NCBI GenBank assembly: GCA_029263355.1 | Contig: JAJCXQ010000425.1 | Location: 1 to 58,602, forward strand | DNA: 58,602 bases | Reading direction: 5' to 3' | Origin: Acidobacteriota bacterium | Lineage (GTDB): Bacteria; Acidobacteriota; Thermoanaerobaculia; Multivoradales; J023 | In this document: piece after piece, positions 44,695 to 55,131 of the stretch | Layout of the letters: the number at the start of each line of letters is the position of its first letter | Position numbering within the stretch: the stretch's first letter is position 1 | Program-made: the position numbers and the translations under genes | The notes under the pieces: generated by a model | Seen by the model: only the letters and a program-made list of their open reading frames with translations | What the model was told of the DNA's origin: nothing | Database searches by the model: none

Positions 44695-46827
44695 ATGAAA
44701 TGGATCCAACTCCTGTTGCTCGTGACCTTCGCCGCCAGTGTAGGCTGCGGAACGCAGTCTTCCAACCTGCCGAAAGACCTCTCCCTGCTCTACGGCCGGG
44801 TTTTTACCGATCATCAATTTGCCGTGGTGCCGGGCCGACGCTGGGACTACTCGGAGGTGAAGCAGGGGTGGACGTTTCGCACTCAGGCGTCGCTGTGGTG
44901 GTACGTTCATCAGACGCCTGAGAGTCCGGTGACGGTGAGGGTGCGGCCGGCGACCGAGAGTGAAGGTTTTTGGTTTCAGCCCTATTGGGACGGAGAGCCT
45001 TTGGCCGAGGTGCCGATGGTGATGGAAGCGGAAGGAATCACCCTCGAGATTCCGCCCGAACGTCTGACGGCCGGGACCCATGAGTTACGGTTGCGTCGGC
45101 GCTCTGGGCCGCTTTATGGACCGGATACGATTGACAATGTCTTCGCTGCCATGAGCGTAAGCAGCGCCGAGCGTGATGTGCCGCTGGTGCGCGAGGAGCT
45201 CGCCACCTACCGTCAGCTGGCCAGTTTCCTGGAGTTTGGCGCTACCGGCCACGATCAGGAGAAGCGCTCCGGTTTCCTGTTCCTCGAGCCACGAACCGTG
45301 GAGATGACCGTCCACCGGGACGAGGCGGCGATGCTGCGGGTGATGGCGGAGAACCTCGGCAACGATCCAGCACGGTTTGCGGTCAGCAACGGCAGCGACC
45401 AGTTCGAGCAGACGCTGGACGGTCCGGGACGCCAGCGATTTCGTATTCCGCTGAGCGAAGGTCGCAACCGATTGACTTTTGAGGTCACAGCGGGAGGACC
45501 GTTCCTGTGGGGTGCGCCGATGGTGACCGGGCCACCGGACCGACGGCCATCGATTATCCTACTGTCGCTCGATACCACCCGCCGGGACGCCCTCGCTCCC
45601 TATGGCGCCCCGTCGCAAGTTACGCCGGCACTCGCGACCTTCGCCGAGCGGGCGACGGTGTTCGAGCAGGCTTTGGCAACATCGTCATGGACGCTGCCCT
45701 CCCATGGTTCCATGTTCACGGGTTTGTATCCGTCGCGGCACCGGGCGGGTGTGTCGGTGGACAAGCTGCCCTCCAATATCGCCACCCTGGCCCAGATTCT
45801 GCGCGGCGAAGGTTATTACACCGCTGGGGTCTCCGGAGGTCCGCTGACCGCCCATCGTTTTGGCCTCGGCCAAGGGTTCCATCAATATCGCGATCCGGAT
45901 CGCTCCGAAACCCGGGGTGATCGCATGACCGACCTCGCCGAAGAGGTGCTCGACGAATGGGACGATCGGCCGGTTTTCCTATTTCTCAACTACTTCGACG
46001 CTCACGGGCCGTACCAGGCACCGGAAGAATCGAAAGCCATCACTGGGGTCGATCGTTTACGCCAGGCGCTCGACGACCCGGACGCCTGGGGGGCGACGAT
46101 CGAGGGCAAGGCTGGGCAGTGGCAAGAGCTCACCGCCGGCCTCAACCCGATTCCCGACGACGTACTGGCCTATCTCCGCTCAGTTTACCTCTCCGAGGTC
46201 GCGTTCATGGACTCCCAGCTCGGTCGGCTGTTCGATCGCTTGCGGCGTGACGGGCTGTTCGACCGGTCGATGGTCGTGATCACCGCGGATCACGGTCAAC
46301 TGCTCGGCGAGTATGGCTTCCACGGCCACGGCAAACGACTCGACCCCGAACTGGTCGACGCGCCGCTGATCGTCAAATGGCCGCGTCAACAAGAGGCCGG
46401 GCGGGTCGCCGATCTGGCCTCGATCGTCGATGTATTTCCTACGATTCTAGCGACCGCTGGCATCACTCCGCCGCCGTCGGACGGTTTCATTCTGGGTCCC
46501 ACGAGCATTCCGGAGCGCGGTGAGCTCGATGTTGTGGTCATCGAGGAGCACGAGAGTCTGGTGCATCCGCTGCGCGGGCCGATGCGGATCGCACCCCATC
46601 TGGTCGGCTTCCAATCCCGCGACTTTCGCCATGTTTGGTGGCGCGACGGTGAACATTGTGCCAACTACCTCGATCGCGCCTGGGTCGACACGACTTGCCC
46701 GCAGGACGACCCGCGTCGGTCGCAGATCGAGCAGAGGCTCGATTCGCCGGTTGCCGAGGTCGCCGCCGGGGCTGAGCCTCTGAGCGCGGCAGACCGCCAA
46801 CGCTTGGAGGCCCTGGGTTATCTTTGA
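44695..46827 (+). CDS. Sulfatase-like lipoprotein (alkaline phosphatase superfamily)
   Basis: Lipobox-like SVGC; LDTTRRD, WTLPSHGSMFTG, DAHGPY, TADHG and a C-terminal LEALGYL. Confidence 0.88.
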   Translation: MKWIQLLLLVTFAASVGCGTQSSNLPKDLSLLYGRVFTDHQFAVVPGRRWDYSEVKQGWTFRTQASLWWYVHQTPESPVTVRVRPATESEGFWFQPYWDGEPLAEVPMVMEAEGITLEIPPERLTAGTHELRLRRRSGPLYGPDTIDNVFAAMSVSSAERDVPLVREELATYRQLASFLEFGATGHDQEKRSGFLFLEPRTVEMTVHRDEAAMLRVMAENLGNDPARFAVSNGSDQFEQTLDGPGRQRFRIPLSEGRNRLTFEVTAGGPFLWGAPMVTGPPDRRPSIILLSLDTTRRDALAPYGAPSQVTPALATFAERATVFEQALATSSWTLPSHGSMFTGLYPSRHRAGVSVDKLPSNIATLAQILRGEGYYTAGVSGGPLTAHRFGLGQGFHQYRDPDRSETRGDRMTDLAEEVLDEWDDRPVFLFLNYFDAHGPYQAPEESKAITGVDRLRQALDDPDAWGATIEGKAGQWQELTAGLNPIPDDVLAYLRSVYLSEVAFMDSQLGRLFDRLRRDGLFDRSMVVITADHGQLLGEYGFHGHGKRLDPELVDAPLIVKWPRQQEAGRVADLASIVDVFPTILATAGITPPPSDGFILGPTSIPERGELDVVVIEEHESLVHPLRGPMRIAPHLVGFQSRDFRHVWWRDGEHCANYLDRAWVDTTCPQDDPRRSQIEQRLDSPVAEVAAGAEPLSAADRQRLEALGYL

Positions 46828-46847
46828 GCTGCCGCTACGCGGAGCCG

Positions 46848-49800
46848 CTACGGAACCGACCAGGCTGACGTGTCACCCGACTCGAAGCCATCCACAAAGA
46901 TCAGCGGTGCGGCGCCATCCTCGGAGCGACCATCGAGCTGACGTAGGTAGGCGAGCAGATTGGCCTGTTCAGTAGCCGAGAGCGACAGTACCGTGCGGTG
47001 AGGCTGGGCGGTAGCCAACAACGCGGGGGTCGAGATGACGATGTCGTCGATGCTGACATTGGGGAACTCGTTGCCCGTGAAAACCGCGAGGGTGTTGGTC
47101 GCTCCCGGGGTGAAGGTGACGTCTTCGACCCGCAGTTGGAGCCAGTTGGTGTGGCGCCAACGGGGATCGTTGCCAGGATCACTGAGGGTCATCGTTTGGG
47201 CCACGCCGTTGAGACTGACTTGGATGTCTTGGGCGTTCCAGGAGCTGTAGCGGATCTCGACCGCGCCGGTGCCACCCGCGCCGCCGTCGATGTTGCTGAA
47301 GGTGACTCGGGCGCCGGTGTTGTTGAGCCCTACATAGGCGCGGTTGTGGACGGTGTCGTCGTTGTTGAGGTCAACGTATTCGGTGGTGATGGTGGCGCCA
47401 CCGGAGACGGTGCCGTCCTCGGCTTGCAAGATCTCACCCCCCGCCACCCGGAAGACATCCTCCAGCGTTGGCGCTGAGCCGTCGTGAAAGTACGGCGCGG
47501 TGTTCCAAACTCCGAGCAGGGTCGGGGTGTCGATGCCGGGCAGCGGGCCGCCGAGGCGCCCGCCCGAGCTGGTGCGCAGCGTGCCGACATCGTGCAGGGT
47601 GGCGCCGCCCAGGGTGCTGTCGGTGAAGCTCGCGCCGGCATGGCATCCGGCACAGCCAGCGCTCTGGAATACCGTGCGTCCGGCCCTGGCGTCGGCGGTG
47701 AGGAGGCCATCACTGCCGCGGAACGGGCTACGCGGCAACGACTCGCCCGCCAGCGAGGCGACGTAGGCGGCGAGGGCGTCGAGGTCGGTGCTGAGTCCGG
47801 TTTTGGGTGGCCCCAGGGTGTCGCTGGTGGCGTTGAAGTCAGCATCAGTCATGAAGCCGGCACCACCGAAAGGGCCGCGGATGTCGTTCTCGAAGTCCTG
47901 GATCTCGTCGAAGTTGGCGGTCCAGTGGACATTGCCGTGCCCCATACCGCTGCGTCCGCGTAAAGTGGTGGTATTGCGGAAACCTTCACCTCGGCCGTTG
48001 AAGTCCCAGGTTCGGCCATCGTGGGCACCGTCGAGATGGCATGAGGCGCAGCTCAGATAACCTTCGGCGCTCATCCGAGGATCGCTGGCGTGGTAGAAGA
48101 TGCGTTTGCCGTTGAGGACGGTGGGGGAGAGGCTCTCGTTGGCGACGGTGGAAATCGTGTTGGAGGCGACGCTTTTGTCGCCGAAGCGGAAGAGATCGTC
48201 GGTTTCGAATGCGGTGACGCCGCGACTCATGAAGTTCTTGATGAAAACACGGTTGGTGACCGGGTCGGCGCACACCCCCCGGGGCGCTGCCCCGCTGCCG
48301 AGCCGGGTGACGAGACTGACGAGGCCACTCGCCGGATCAGTGGCGAGCGCATCGAGCACAACAACCTCGTCGTTGCCTTGCAGCGCCACAAATACATAGT
48401 CACCGAGGGGTGAGAAGCCGGCGGCGGCGGCGGAGTCGCTGTTGTCGAGGTCAACCGCTCCGGTGAGGGTGTTGGTCGTGAGGTTGACCTGCGACAGGAC
48501 GTTGCGGACGGTGTTGTCTTGGTCGAGGTCGTCAGCGAAAAACAGCCCGCGCTCCGAGTTCGGTTTGTTGGAGCTGACCCAGGCACTCTGGCCATCGGGG
48601 GAGATGGTGATGCCAACCAGGTAATTGGCGACACCGCGACCACTGGCGGTGCTGTCACGATGGTTCTCGCCACCGAATTTGTTCAAGCGTAAAGTACGGG
48701 CAAGGGTGAAGCTGCTAGGGTCGACCTCCCACACTTCGGCGTGATTCAGGGGTGACATCAACCGGGTCACCAGCACCCGCGAACCGTCGCCGCTGACCGC
48801 GATAGCGCGGGGGGTGGGTCCGAGGGATAGATTGCCGGTCTGCTGCCGACTGGCGGCAGCGAAGCGACGCAGCTCGCCACTGCCTTGTAAAGTGACGTAG
48901 ACGGTCTGGCCGTCTGGAGAGACGGCGAGACCGACGGGAGCGCTGCCGTAGCCGGTGAGAAGATCGGTGATGAAGCCACCGCTGGCGTCGAGCACACGGA
49001 CGCGATCGTCGTCATGGCAGGTGACCCAGATCTCTCCCTGAGCGGTGCGGCCAAGGCTGCGCGGGTCGGCGCAGACGGGCGCCTCGAGAACGACGGCGAG
49101 GGTGTCGGCGTCGATGGCGGTCACCGAGTTATTGTCTGGATTCACTGCCCAGATCCGGCGTCCGGTGGTGTCACAGGTGAGCGGTGCGCTGTGGGTGGGG
49201 AGGGGACCTGCCGGCGGCGTCAGCACCGTCACCGTCAGCGTACGGCTGGACAGTGAGCCCGAGTCGTCCCGGGCCTGGACAGTGGCCTGGTAGTGGCCGG
49301 CGTCGGCATAAATGTGGGGCGCGGTTGCCGTGCTCGACCAGGCGGTGCTCGGTGAGCCGTCGCCGAAGTCGAAGCGGTACTCGATCGGATCGGCATTAGG
49401 ATCGGTGGCGCTGGCCGACAGGGTGACGGATTGCCCCGGCGGTACCGGGTAACTCGAGGCGGTGAAACTCTGGACGCTGGGGGGTGTGTTGCCGCCGACG
49501 CTCGAACCGGTGGAGAAGGTGAAGGAGTAACCTTCGATGCCGTTGCCGACCACGTCTCGGATACCGCCAGCAGGCAGCAGGACCTCGTAGGTGGTGTCGG
49601 CCTGCAGCGGGGCGTCCGGGGTGAAGGTCAAGATGTCGTCGAAGGCATAAATCAGGCGGCCGTTGATCGGTGACCCACCCAGGGGTTGTACGATGAACGT
49701 TGTGCCATTGACGATCGTCGGCGTGTCGAGGGTCTCGTGAATCAACACGCTGATCGGTGCGCCCAGCGGGTAGTTGGATCGGCCGGCACGTGGGATGTGA

Positions 49801-50903
49801 TAACCGACCGACGGTCCGCGGGTGTCGGGCGCCGCCTGGTGGGCCCAGATCGCCATCCCTTGGTTGGGACCGACGCCGCCGGTCACCAACAGGTTGCCGA
49901 GGGGCAAGGCGAACTGGCTGGTGCTGATACCGGTGCCGCCATCGTTGGGGCGCACGGTGTTGGCGCCGTCCAGGTGGAGCACCGACTCGAAAGTCCGCAT
50001 GTCGACCTTGTGATCCCCCATGAAGGCGAATTCGTCTTGGAATTGGATGTACATCGATTCCTCACCGGGGAGGGCACGATCGGTGACGAAAAGCAGGTCG
50101 GTCGGGTCGGTGGCGTCGACGATACGAAAACCGTTGCCGCCGGTGCGGTAAGGAAAAACAATGTAGAGCTTGCCGTCACCGCCCCACAGCTCCGGCCAGT
50201 AGCCACCGGGGCCACCGGTGGTCAGCACGTCGAGCAGCACCGGGTTGGTCGGATCACTGACGTTGTAGGTCGCGACGCCGGTGCGGCTTTGATCCGAGGC
50301 GAAGATCAGCAAGTCGCCGAGCAGAAAGGGATGCCCGATGACACCGGTCAGGCCGAGATGATCCCATTCGGATAACCGGTTGCCCTCGAACTCGATGAAG
50401 GCATTGCCGGATACCTCGTTGTAGCTCCAGTAGGTATCGCCGACGTACCAAGGTTGGAATAGTTGCCCGCGTACCCCGGGACCCATCAGACCTGGGAACT
50501 CGGTGCGCTCGACGGTACCCGCTCCGTTGGCGCGAAACGACCACGGCGCCTCCGGTGGCCAATTGGGTCCAATCACCAGGTAGTCGCCGCTCTTGAAATA
50601 GCCGTGGGCGTTGATCGGCTGGGGTGTGATACCCAAGCTGTCGAGGATTGCGGGATTCGTCGGATCCGAAATATCCCAGGTCCGCACCTGAAAATCGGAA
50701 CCCGGCTGACTCGAGGGCTGTTCGGGCACGGTGAACAGCAAGCCGTTGTGGTACGCGATGATCGCCAGCCGGCCTTGCTGGGGTGCGTTGAGACCACTGA
50801 GGATGGCGCCGGGTGTTTGCGCGACGTTGGGGAATCCCTGGGCAGCGGCGATGCTTGCCAGGGTGAGGCAAAGGATGGCGGCGGTACCGGCGACTTTTTT
50901 CAT
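46848..50903 (-). CDS. Large secreted multidomain protein: propeller/LVIVD-like, Ig-like, PKD, YVTN-like propeller, diheme cytochrome c (peroxidase-like), CBM6/35-like, DGFE tail
   Basis: Signal peptide; FTPDAPLQADTTYEV; FDFGDG; CASCH (48036-48050) and CAGCH (47640-47654); TPTLLGVWNTAPYFHDGSA; QAED..IRYS..IDDI. Confidence 0.88.
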   Translation of the reverse strand: MKKVAGTAAILCLTLASIAAAQGFPNVAQTPGAILSGLNAPQQGRLAIIAYHNGLLFTVPEQPSSQPGSDFQVRTWDISDPTNPAILDSLGITPQPINAHGYFKSGDYLVIGPNWPPEAPWSFRANGAGTVERTEFPGLMGPGVRGQLFQPWYVGDTYWSYNEVSGNAFIEFEGNRLSEWDHLGLTGVIGHPFLLGDLLIFASDQSRTGVATYNVSDPTNPVLLDVLTTGGPGGYWPELWGGDGKLYIVFPYRTGGNGFRIVDATDPTDLLFVTDRALPGEESMYIQFQDEFAFMGDHKVDMRTFESVLHLDGANTVRPNDGGTGISTSQFALPLGNLLVTGGVGPNQGMAIWAHQAAPDTRGPSVGYHIPRAGRSNYPLGAPISVLIHETLDTPTIVNGTTFIVQPLGGSPINGRLIYAFDDILTFTPDAPLQADTTYEVLLPAGGIRDVVGNGIEGYSFTFSTGSSVGGNTPPSVQSFTASSYPVPPGQSVTLSASATDPNADPIEYRFDFGDGSPSTAWSSTATAPHIYADAGHYQATVQARDDSGSLSSRTLTVTVLTPPAGPLPTHSAPLTCDTTGRRIWAVNPDNNSVTAIDADTLAVVLEAPVCADPRSLGRTAQGEIWVTCHDDDRVRVLDASGGFITDLLTGYGSAPVGLAVSPDGQTVYVTLQGSGELRRFAAASRQQTGNLSLGPTPRAIAVSGDGSRVLVTRLMSPLNHAEVWEVDPSSFTLARTLRLNKFGGENHRDSTASGRGVANYLVGITISPDGQSAWVSSNKPNSERGLFFADDLDQDNTVRNVLSQVNLTTNTLTGAVDLDNSDSAAAAGFSPLGDYVFVALQGNDEVVVLDALATDPASGLVSLVTRLGSGAAPRGVCADPVTNRVFIKNFMSRGVTAFETDDLFRFGDKSVASNTISTVANESLSPTVLNGKRIFYHASDPRMSAEGYLSCASCHLDGAHDGRTWDFNGRGEGFRNTTTLRGRSGMGHGNVHWTANFDEIQDFENDIRGPFGGAGFMTDADFNATSDTLGPPKTGLSTDLDALAAYVASLAGESLPRSPFRGSDGLLTADARAGRTVFQSAGCAGCHAGASFTDSTLGGATLHDVGTLRTSSGGRLGGPLPGIDTPTLLGVWNTAPYFHDGSAPTLEDVFRVAGGEILQAEDGTVSGGATITTEYVDLNNDDTVHNRAYVGLNNTGARVTFSNIDGGAGGTGAVEIRYSSWNAQDIQVSLNGVAQTMTLSDPGNDPRWRHTNWLQLRVEDVTFTPGATNTLAVFTGNEFPNVSIDDIVISTPALLATAQPHRTVLSLSATEQANLLAYLRQLDGRSEDGAAPLIFVDGFESGDTSAWSVP

Positions 50904-51136
50904 CGACTCCTCGCTGGGAGTTGGGCGCCGGACCGCGAGATCCGGTGCAGGTGGGAGCGTGGTGAAGACGAGTCTGCTTATATAGATCGTAGGCTATATA
51001 ACGGACTAGGCGCAAGCACCTTCCAGGCGCAGTTCGTCACATACTCCTCATAACGTAAACACAGCGATTGCACCGTCACAATCGCTGGATATTTCTTGAA
51101 CTTCTACACCGCCAGCTCTTTTTTTTGCGGCTCGAC

Positions 51137-51670
51137 TCAGCTTTTTGTTTTGATCACCGTGCGCCACACCAGGTAGCCACCGCCGGCCAGCAAGATGAAG
51201 GCCCAGAGCATCTGCGCGGACGGCAGGATGTGTTTGAGCCAGTCGAAGCGGGCGCCATAACCCATGAGACCGAGAACGATGAGGACTCCTCCGGCAATCA
51301 TCAGATTGTCGTTCTGGCGCTTGTCGGCAAGCCAGGTGGCGAGCAGCGACAGACCGATGATGGTGGGGAAGCTCGGCAGCCAGTCGAGAATTTTGGCGAG
51401 ACTGGTGAAGTCGAAGGTGAGTGCAAAAGCGAGGGCGCCGAAACCGATCCAAGCCATCGCCCACCCCGCCGAGCTCGGTCGACGCAGGAGGAAGAAGTAG
51501 TCGATCAGAGATCCTATTCCAGCGGCGATGAACAGAATCGGCCACAGGTCTTTGAACCTTGGGACGCCAACTTCCATGGAGTTGAGCAGCAGCCATAAGC
51601 CGCCGACGACAGCCATCAATCCGATTGTCATGCCGAAGGTACTACCCTGGCGAGGTTGCGTTGCAGTCAT
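51137..51670 (-). CDS. Small multi-pass membrane protein (LiaF/LiaI-like)
   Basis: Repeated GL..GG.WLL / LWPILFIAAG hydrophobic units; GGAG SD. Confidence 0.75.
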   Translation of the reverse strand: MTATQPRQGSTFGMTIGLMAVVGGLWLLLNSMEVGVPRFKDLWPILFIAAGIGSLIDYFFLLRRPSSAGWAMAWIGFGALAFALTFDFTSLAKILDWLPSFPTIIGLSLLATWLADKRQNDNLMIAGGVLIVLGLMGYGARFDWLKHILPSAQMLWAFILLAGGGYLVWRTVIKTKS

Positions 51671-51855
51671 TGAGATCTCCTTTGGGTGGCCGCATTGTAA
51701 CGCAGTGACGTTGATGTCTCCCAGGGTAGCGATCTCAGAGTCGTGGGCTGGACGATACCCTGTGGGGAATCGAAAGCAGGGTTGCAGGTGCCAAGAGTCG
51801 CCGCGCGCCAAGAAGCCTATACTTGGCGGCATCGCAAACCCTCGGAGGATCTCCC

Positions 51856-52980
51856 TTGAAGCTCGAAACTCTTCTGATCCACAGTGGCGCCGACGTCGAC
51901 CCATCCACCGGCGCGGTGGCGCCGCCGATCCATCTTTCGACTATTTTTGAGCACGCGCCCGATAACAGCGAGCCGCTGCACGATCACCTCTACATCCGCG
52001 AGTCCAATCCCACCCAGAGCCGGTTGGAAGAAGCCTTGACTGCCGCCGAGGGCGGGGCGGCGGCACTGTTCTTCGCCTCCGGGTTGGGAGCGAGCGCGGC
52101 GGTTCTACAATCGTTGCCGTCCGGCTCCCACGTCGTGTTGCCCCGGGACGTTTACCATGGCGTGCGCAAGATTGGGCACGAATTTGTGCCGCGTTGGGGT
52201 GGATCGGTGACGGCGGTAGATATGACGGACCTCGATGCAGTGCGTGCCGCGCTGACCCCGGACACCCGGCTGATTTGGGCGGAGACACCGTCGAATCCTT
52301 TGCTTAGGATCGTCGACCTGGTGGCGCTGGCCGAGATCGCCCATGATCACGGCGCCAGGTTGGTGGTCGACAATACTTTCGCCACACCGATCCTGCAGCG
52401 CCCGCTCGAGCTCGGCGCCGACATCGTGATGCATTCAACGACCAAATATATGGGTGGTCACAGCGATGTGCTGGGGGGAGCGCTGGTGCTGAAGGAGCGG
52501 GCGTCGTCGTACGACGAGCTGTTTGAGGTCCGCTCGGTACTCGGGGCGGCGGGTTCACCGTTCAATGCCTGGCTGGTGCTGCGCGGCTTACGCTCAATGG
52601 CTTGCCGGGTGGAGCGTCATGCGTCAAACGCCCTGGCGGTCGCCAAAGCCTTGGCAGATCATCCGGCCCTGGAGGCGGTGTATTACCCCGGGCTGCCCGA
52701 ACATCCCGGCCACGACATCGCCCGCCGCCAGATGAGCGCCTACGGTGGCATGTTGTCGCTGTCGGTGCGCGGTGGACGCGAGCAGGCGGTTGCGGTCGCG
52801 TCGCGGGTGCGGATCTTCACCAATGCTACCAGCCTGGGTGGCGTCGAAAGTCTGATCGAGCACCGGGCATCGAGCGAAGGCCCAACTTCGACAACGCCGC
52901 AGAATCTTCTGCGAGTGTCGATTGGGCTCGAGCATGTCGATGATCTGAAAGCTGATTTGTTGCAGGCATTGGAGGGTTGA
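51856..52980 (+). CDS. Trans-sulfuration PLP enzyme (cystathionine gamma-synthase/lyase family)
   Basis: Motifs [42 protein letters not shown] and LRVSIGLE; GGAGG SD before TTG. Confidence 0.93.
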   Translation: MKLETLLIHSGADVDPSTGAVAPPIHLSTIFEHAPDNSEPLHDHLYIRESNPTQSRLEEALTAAEGGAAALFFASGLGASAAVLQSLPSGSHVVLPRDVYHGVRKIGHEFVPRWGGSVTAVDMTDLDAVRAALTPDTRLIWAETPSNPLLRIVDLVALAEIAHDHGARLVVDNTFATPILQRPLELGADIVMHSTTKYMGGHSDVLGGALVLKERASSYDELFEVRSVLGAAGSPFNAWLVLRGLRSMACRVERHASNALAVAKALADHPALEAVYYPGLPEHPGHDIARRQMSAYGGMLSLSVRGGREQAVAVASRVRIFTNATSLGGVESLIEHRASSEGPTSTTPQNLLRVSIGLEHVDDLKADLLQALEG

Positions 52981-53003
52981 TGGGGTGGGGGATTTCTGCC
53001 GTA

Positions 53004-53693
53004 TCAGCCGCGATGGCGCTGTTTTTGCTCGGCGAGCTTCAGCAGGAGGCGAGTCGAGTCCGCTGACAGGCCGTAGTCGTTGATCTCGGCGTGCAGGTCG
53101 TCGAGTTGACCGTGGCCGGCCACGAAGCCGTTGATGCGTGCGGCTGCGGTGGATTTCACCAGATCTTCGATCCGCGGGTAAATCGCCTCGAGCTCAAAGC
53201 GCAGGTTGCCGGCGCGGCTCAACATGTACTTCTGGTGGTAATCTTCGGCCAAGTAGAACGGGCCGGCGGGGGCGATCTCGGTGTGGACCTCACCTAGTTT
53301 CTCGCGGGCAGCGTCGCGGGTCGCCAAAGCCTTGTCGTGCTGGGTGCCGCCATGGGTGAAAATCGCGGACATGTATTGCCGCTTCCAGACTTGGCGGGTT
53401 GGACTGTGGCTGGTCCAGAAGATCTCCAGCAATTCGTCGTACGAGATCTGGGTCGGATCAAAATCGATCTCGAGGGTTTCGGCGTGATCACCGATCTGGT
53501 GATACGTCGGATCCAACGTAGTTCCGCCGGCATAACCGACGCGGGTGCGGACAACGCCGCGCAGACTCCCGAACCGGGAGTCAGGCCCCCAGAATCACCC
53601 GAGGGCGAAGGTTGCAGTTTCGATGTCGGTGGGAGCCGCGAGATCGATCGCGGGTCGGGCTAGCGAGAGTGGCTGTTGCAGAGCGAGGCTCAT
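53004..53693 (-). CDS. msrA: Peptide methionine sulfoxide reductase A, selenocysteine-containing (229 aa, UGA at codon 33)
   Basis: AGGAG SD and ATG 53693; ATFALG-TGA(53595-53597)-FWG equals the GCFWG motif; in frame with RVGYAGG, PTY, DHAE and FYLAEDYHQKY. Confidence 0.92.
53564..53582 (-). promoter_or_regulatory. Bacterial SECIS-like hairpin
   Basis: mRNA GACUCCC-GGUUC-GGGAGUC starts 12 nt after the UGA, with a G-leading apical loop. Confidence 0.8.
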
Positions 53694-53785
53694 GGTGACT
53701 CCTAAAACTCGAAGAGTGAGAGGTGGCGGAGGCCACCCTCAATAACGCCGATCGTGTTGCGGGTATTCCATCTCGAGAGACTCGA

Positions 53786-55120
53786 CTAACGGGAACTGGC
53801 GGCCGGCATCCGGAGGTCATAACAGTAGAGATGATCCTGCTCCCGCAACAGAAGTTGGCCGCCAGAAATGACCGGCTGCGACCAGCTTTGCATCTCGACG
53901 TCGGGGATCATGAAGGAGCCGCGCTCGACGTAGGCTTTGGGGTTCGCTTCGATCAGGATCATTCGTCCGTCGCGGTAGCGGAAGTACAACCGGCCGTCGG
54001 CATAGGCGATGGCTGCGGAGTCTTGGCCGGCATTACGCTCCGGTCCCCAGGTGACCTTACCGGTCATGAAGTCGACGGCGAGCGGGAATCCCTTGTTGTG
54101 ACCGGTGCCGGTGTAGACGGTACCCTCATGCAAGATCAAGCCACCATGGTGGTTTTGCATGACGTTGGCTTCCAGAAAGTAGACCTCGTCAGCGTGGAAG
54201 GTCTCACCGTCCCGTCGGATCTTGACGAGCGCGGAGCCGGTGCCATAACCGGCGGAGGCCAGAACGTAATCGCCCTGAACAACCGGCGTCGCGATGTTGG
54301 CAATATCGCTCGCGACCCGGTTGTAGCCCCACAATAATTTGCCGGTCGCGGCCTCGACGCCGATCAAGCCGCGTCCGACGAGTTGCACGTATTGACGGGT
54401 GCCTGCCGCTTCGGAGACGATCGCCGACGAATAACCCGCGCCGTCGGCGCCGATCGGGCCGAGGCGTCGGCCTTGGGTTCGCCAGATCTCTTCACCGGTG
54501 TCGGCGTTCAGCGCCACCATGAGCGCCTCGATGTGCCCTGGGGTAACCACCACCCGGTCGCCGTCGACCAACGGAGATTCGCTCGATCGCCATTCGTAAC
54601 TGCCCATGGCCTTCATCATGTAGCCGTTGAAGTCCTGGATTAGGCTGCGGCGCCAACGCTCTTTGCCGGTCGCCGCGTCGAGGCAGATGACGTCGCCGTC
54701 GGTGGTCACGAAATAAAGCCGATCGCCGGCCAGGGTTGGAGTCGAGCGCGGTCCGGGGCGACTGTCCTGGTGCACCGAGCCGACCCGGGTACGCCACAGC
54801 AGCTCACCAGTCCGCGTCAAGGCGATGGCATATTGGCCCGCAGCTAGATCCCCGTCGGCCTCGAGATCTCCCAAGGTGTAGATCCGGTTGTCCGCGACCG
54901 CGAGGCTGGAGTACCCGGCGCCCAGGCCGTCCACCTTCCACAACAGAGGTGGCCCACCCTCGGGCCAGGCCTGCAACAAGCCAGTGTCGCCAGATTTTCC
55001 GTCGCGCTCCTGACCGCGCCACTGCGACCAGTCGTCGCCGGCCGATAGGGTTGGCCAGAAGCTGGCGATGAGCAACATCATGACGCACGATCGAACCATG
55101 GGGAGCTGAATGAGAGGCAT
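53786..55120 (-). CDS. Secreted PQQ-binding-like beta-propeller protein (BamB-like family)
   Basis: Motifs DWSQWRG..RDG, WPEGGPPLLW, GYSS, GPRSTP and repeated ATGK..W. Confidence 0.88.
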   Translation of the reverse strand: MPLIQLPMVRSCVMMLLIASFWPTLSAGDDWSQWRGQERDGKSGDTGLLQAWPEGGPPLLWKVDGLGAGYSSLAVADNRIYTLGDLEADGDLAAGQYAIALTRTGELLWRTRVGSVHQDSRPGPRSTPTLAGDRLYFVTTDGDVICLDAATGKERWRRSLIQDFNGYMMKAMGSYEWRSSESPLVDGDRVVVTPGHIEALMVALNADTGEEIWRTQGRRLGPIGADGAGYSSAIVSEAAGTRQYVQLVGRGLIGVEAATGKLLWGYNRVASDIANIATPVVQGDYVLASAGYGTGSALVKIRRDGETFHADEVYFLEANVMQNHHGGLILHEGTVYTGTGHNKGFPLAVDFMTGKVTWGPERNAGQDSAAIAYADGRLYFRYRDGRMILIEANPKAYVERGSFMIPDVEMQSWSQPVISGGQLLLREQDHLYCYDLRMPAASSR

Positions 55121-55131
55121 GAATGAGTCTC

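Noticed and set aside
53004-53516. 170-aa MsrA as called by the ORF track, or an msrA pseudogene
   Set aside because: The short form lacks the catalytic motif. The upstream frame is intact with SD, ATG and SECIS-like hairpin, so Sec read-through fits better.
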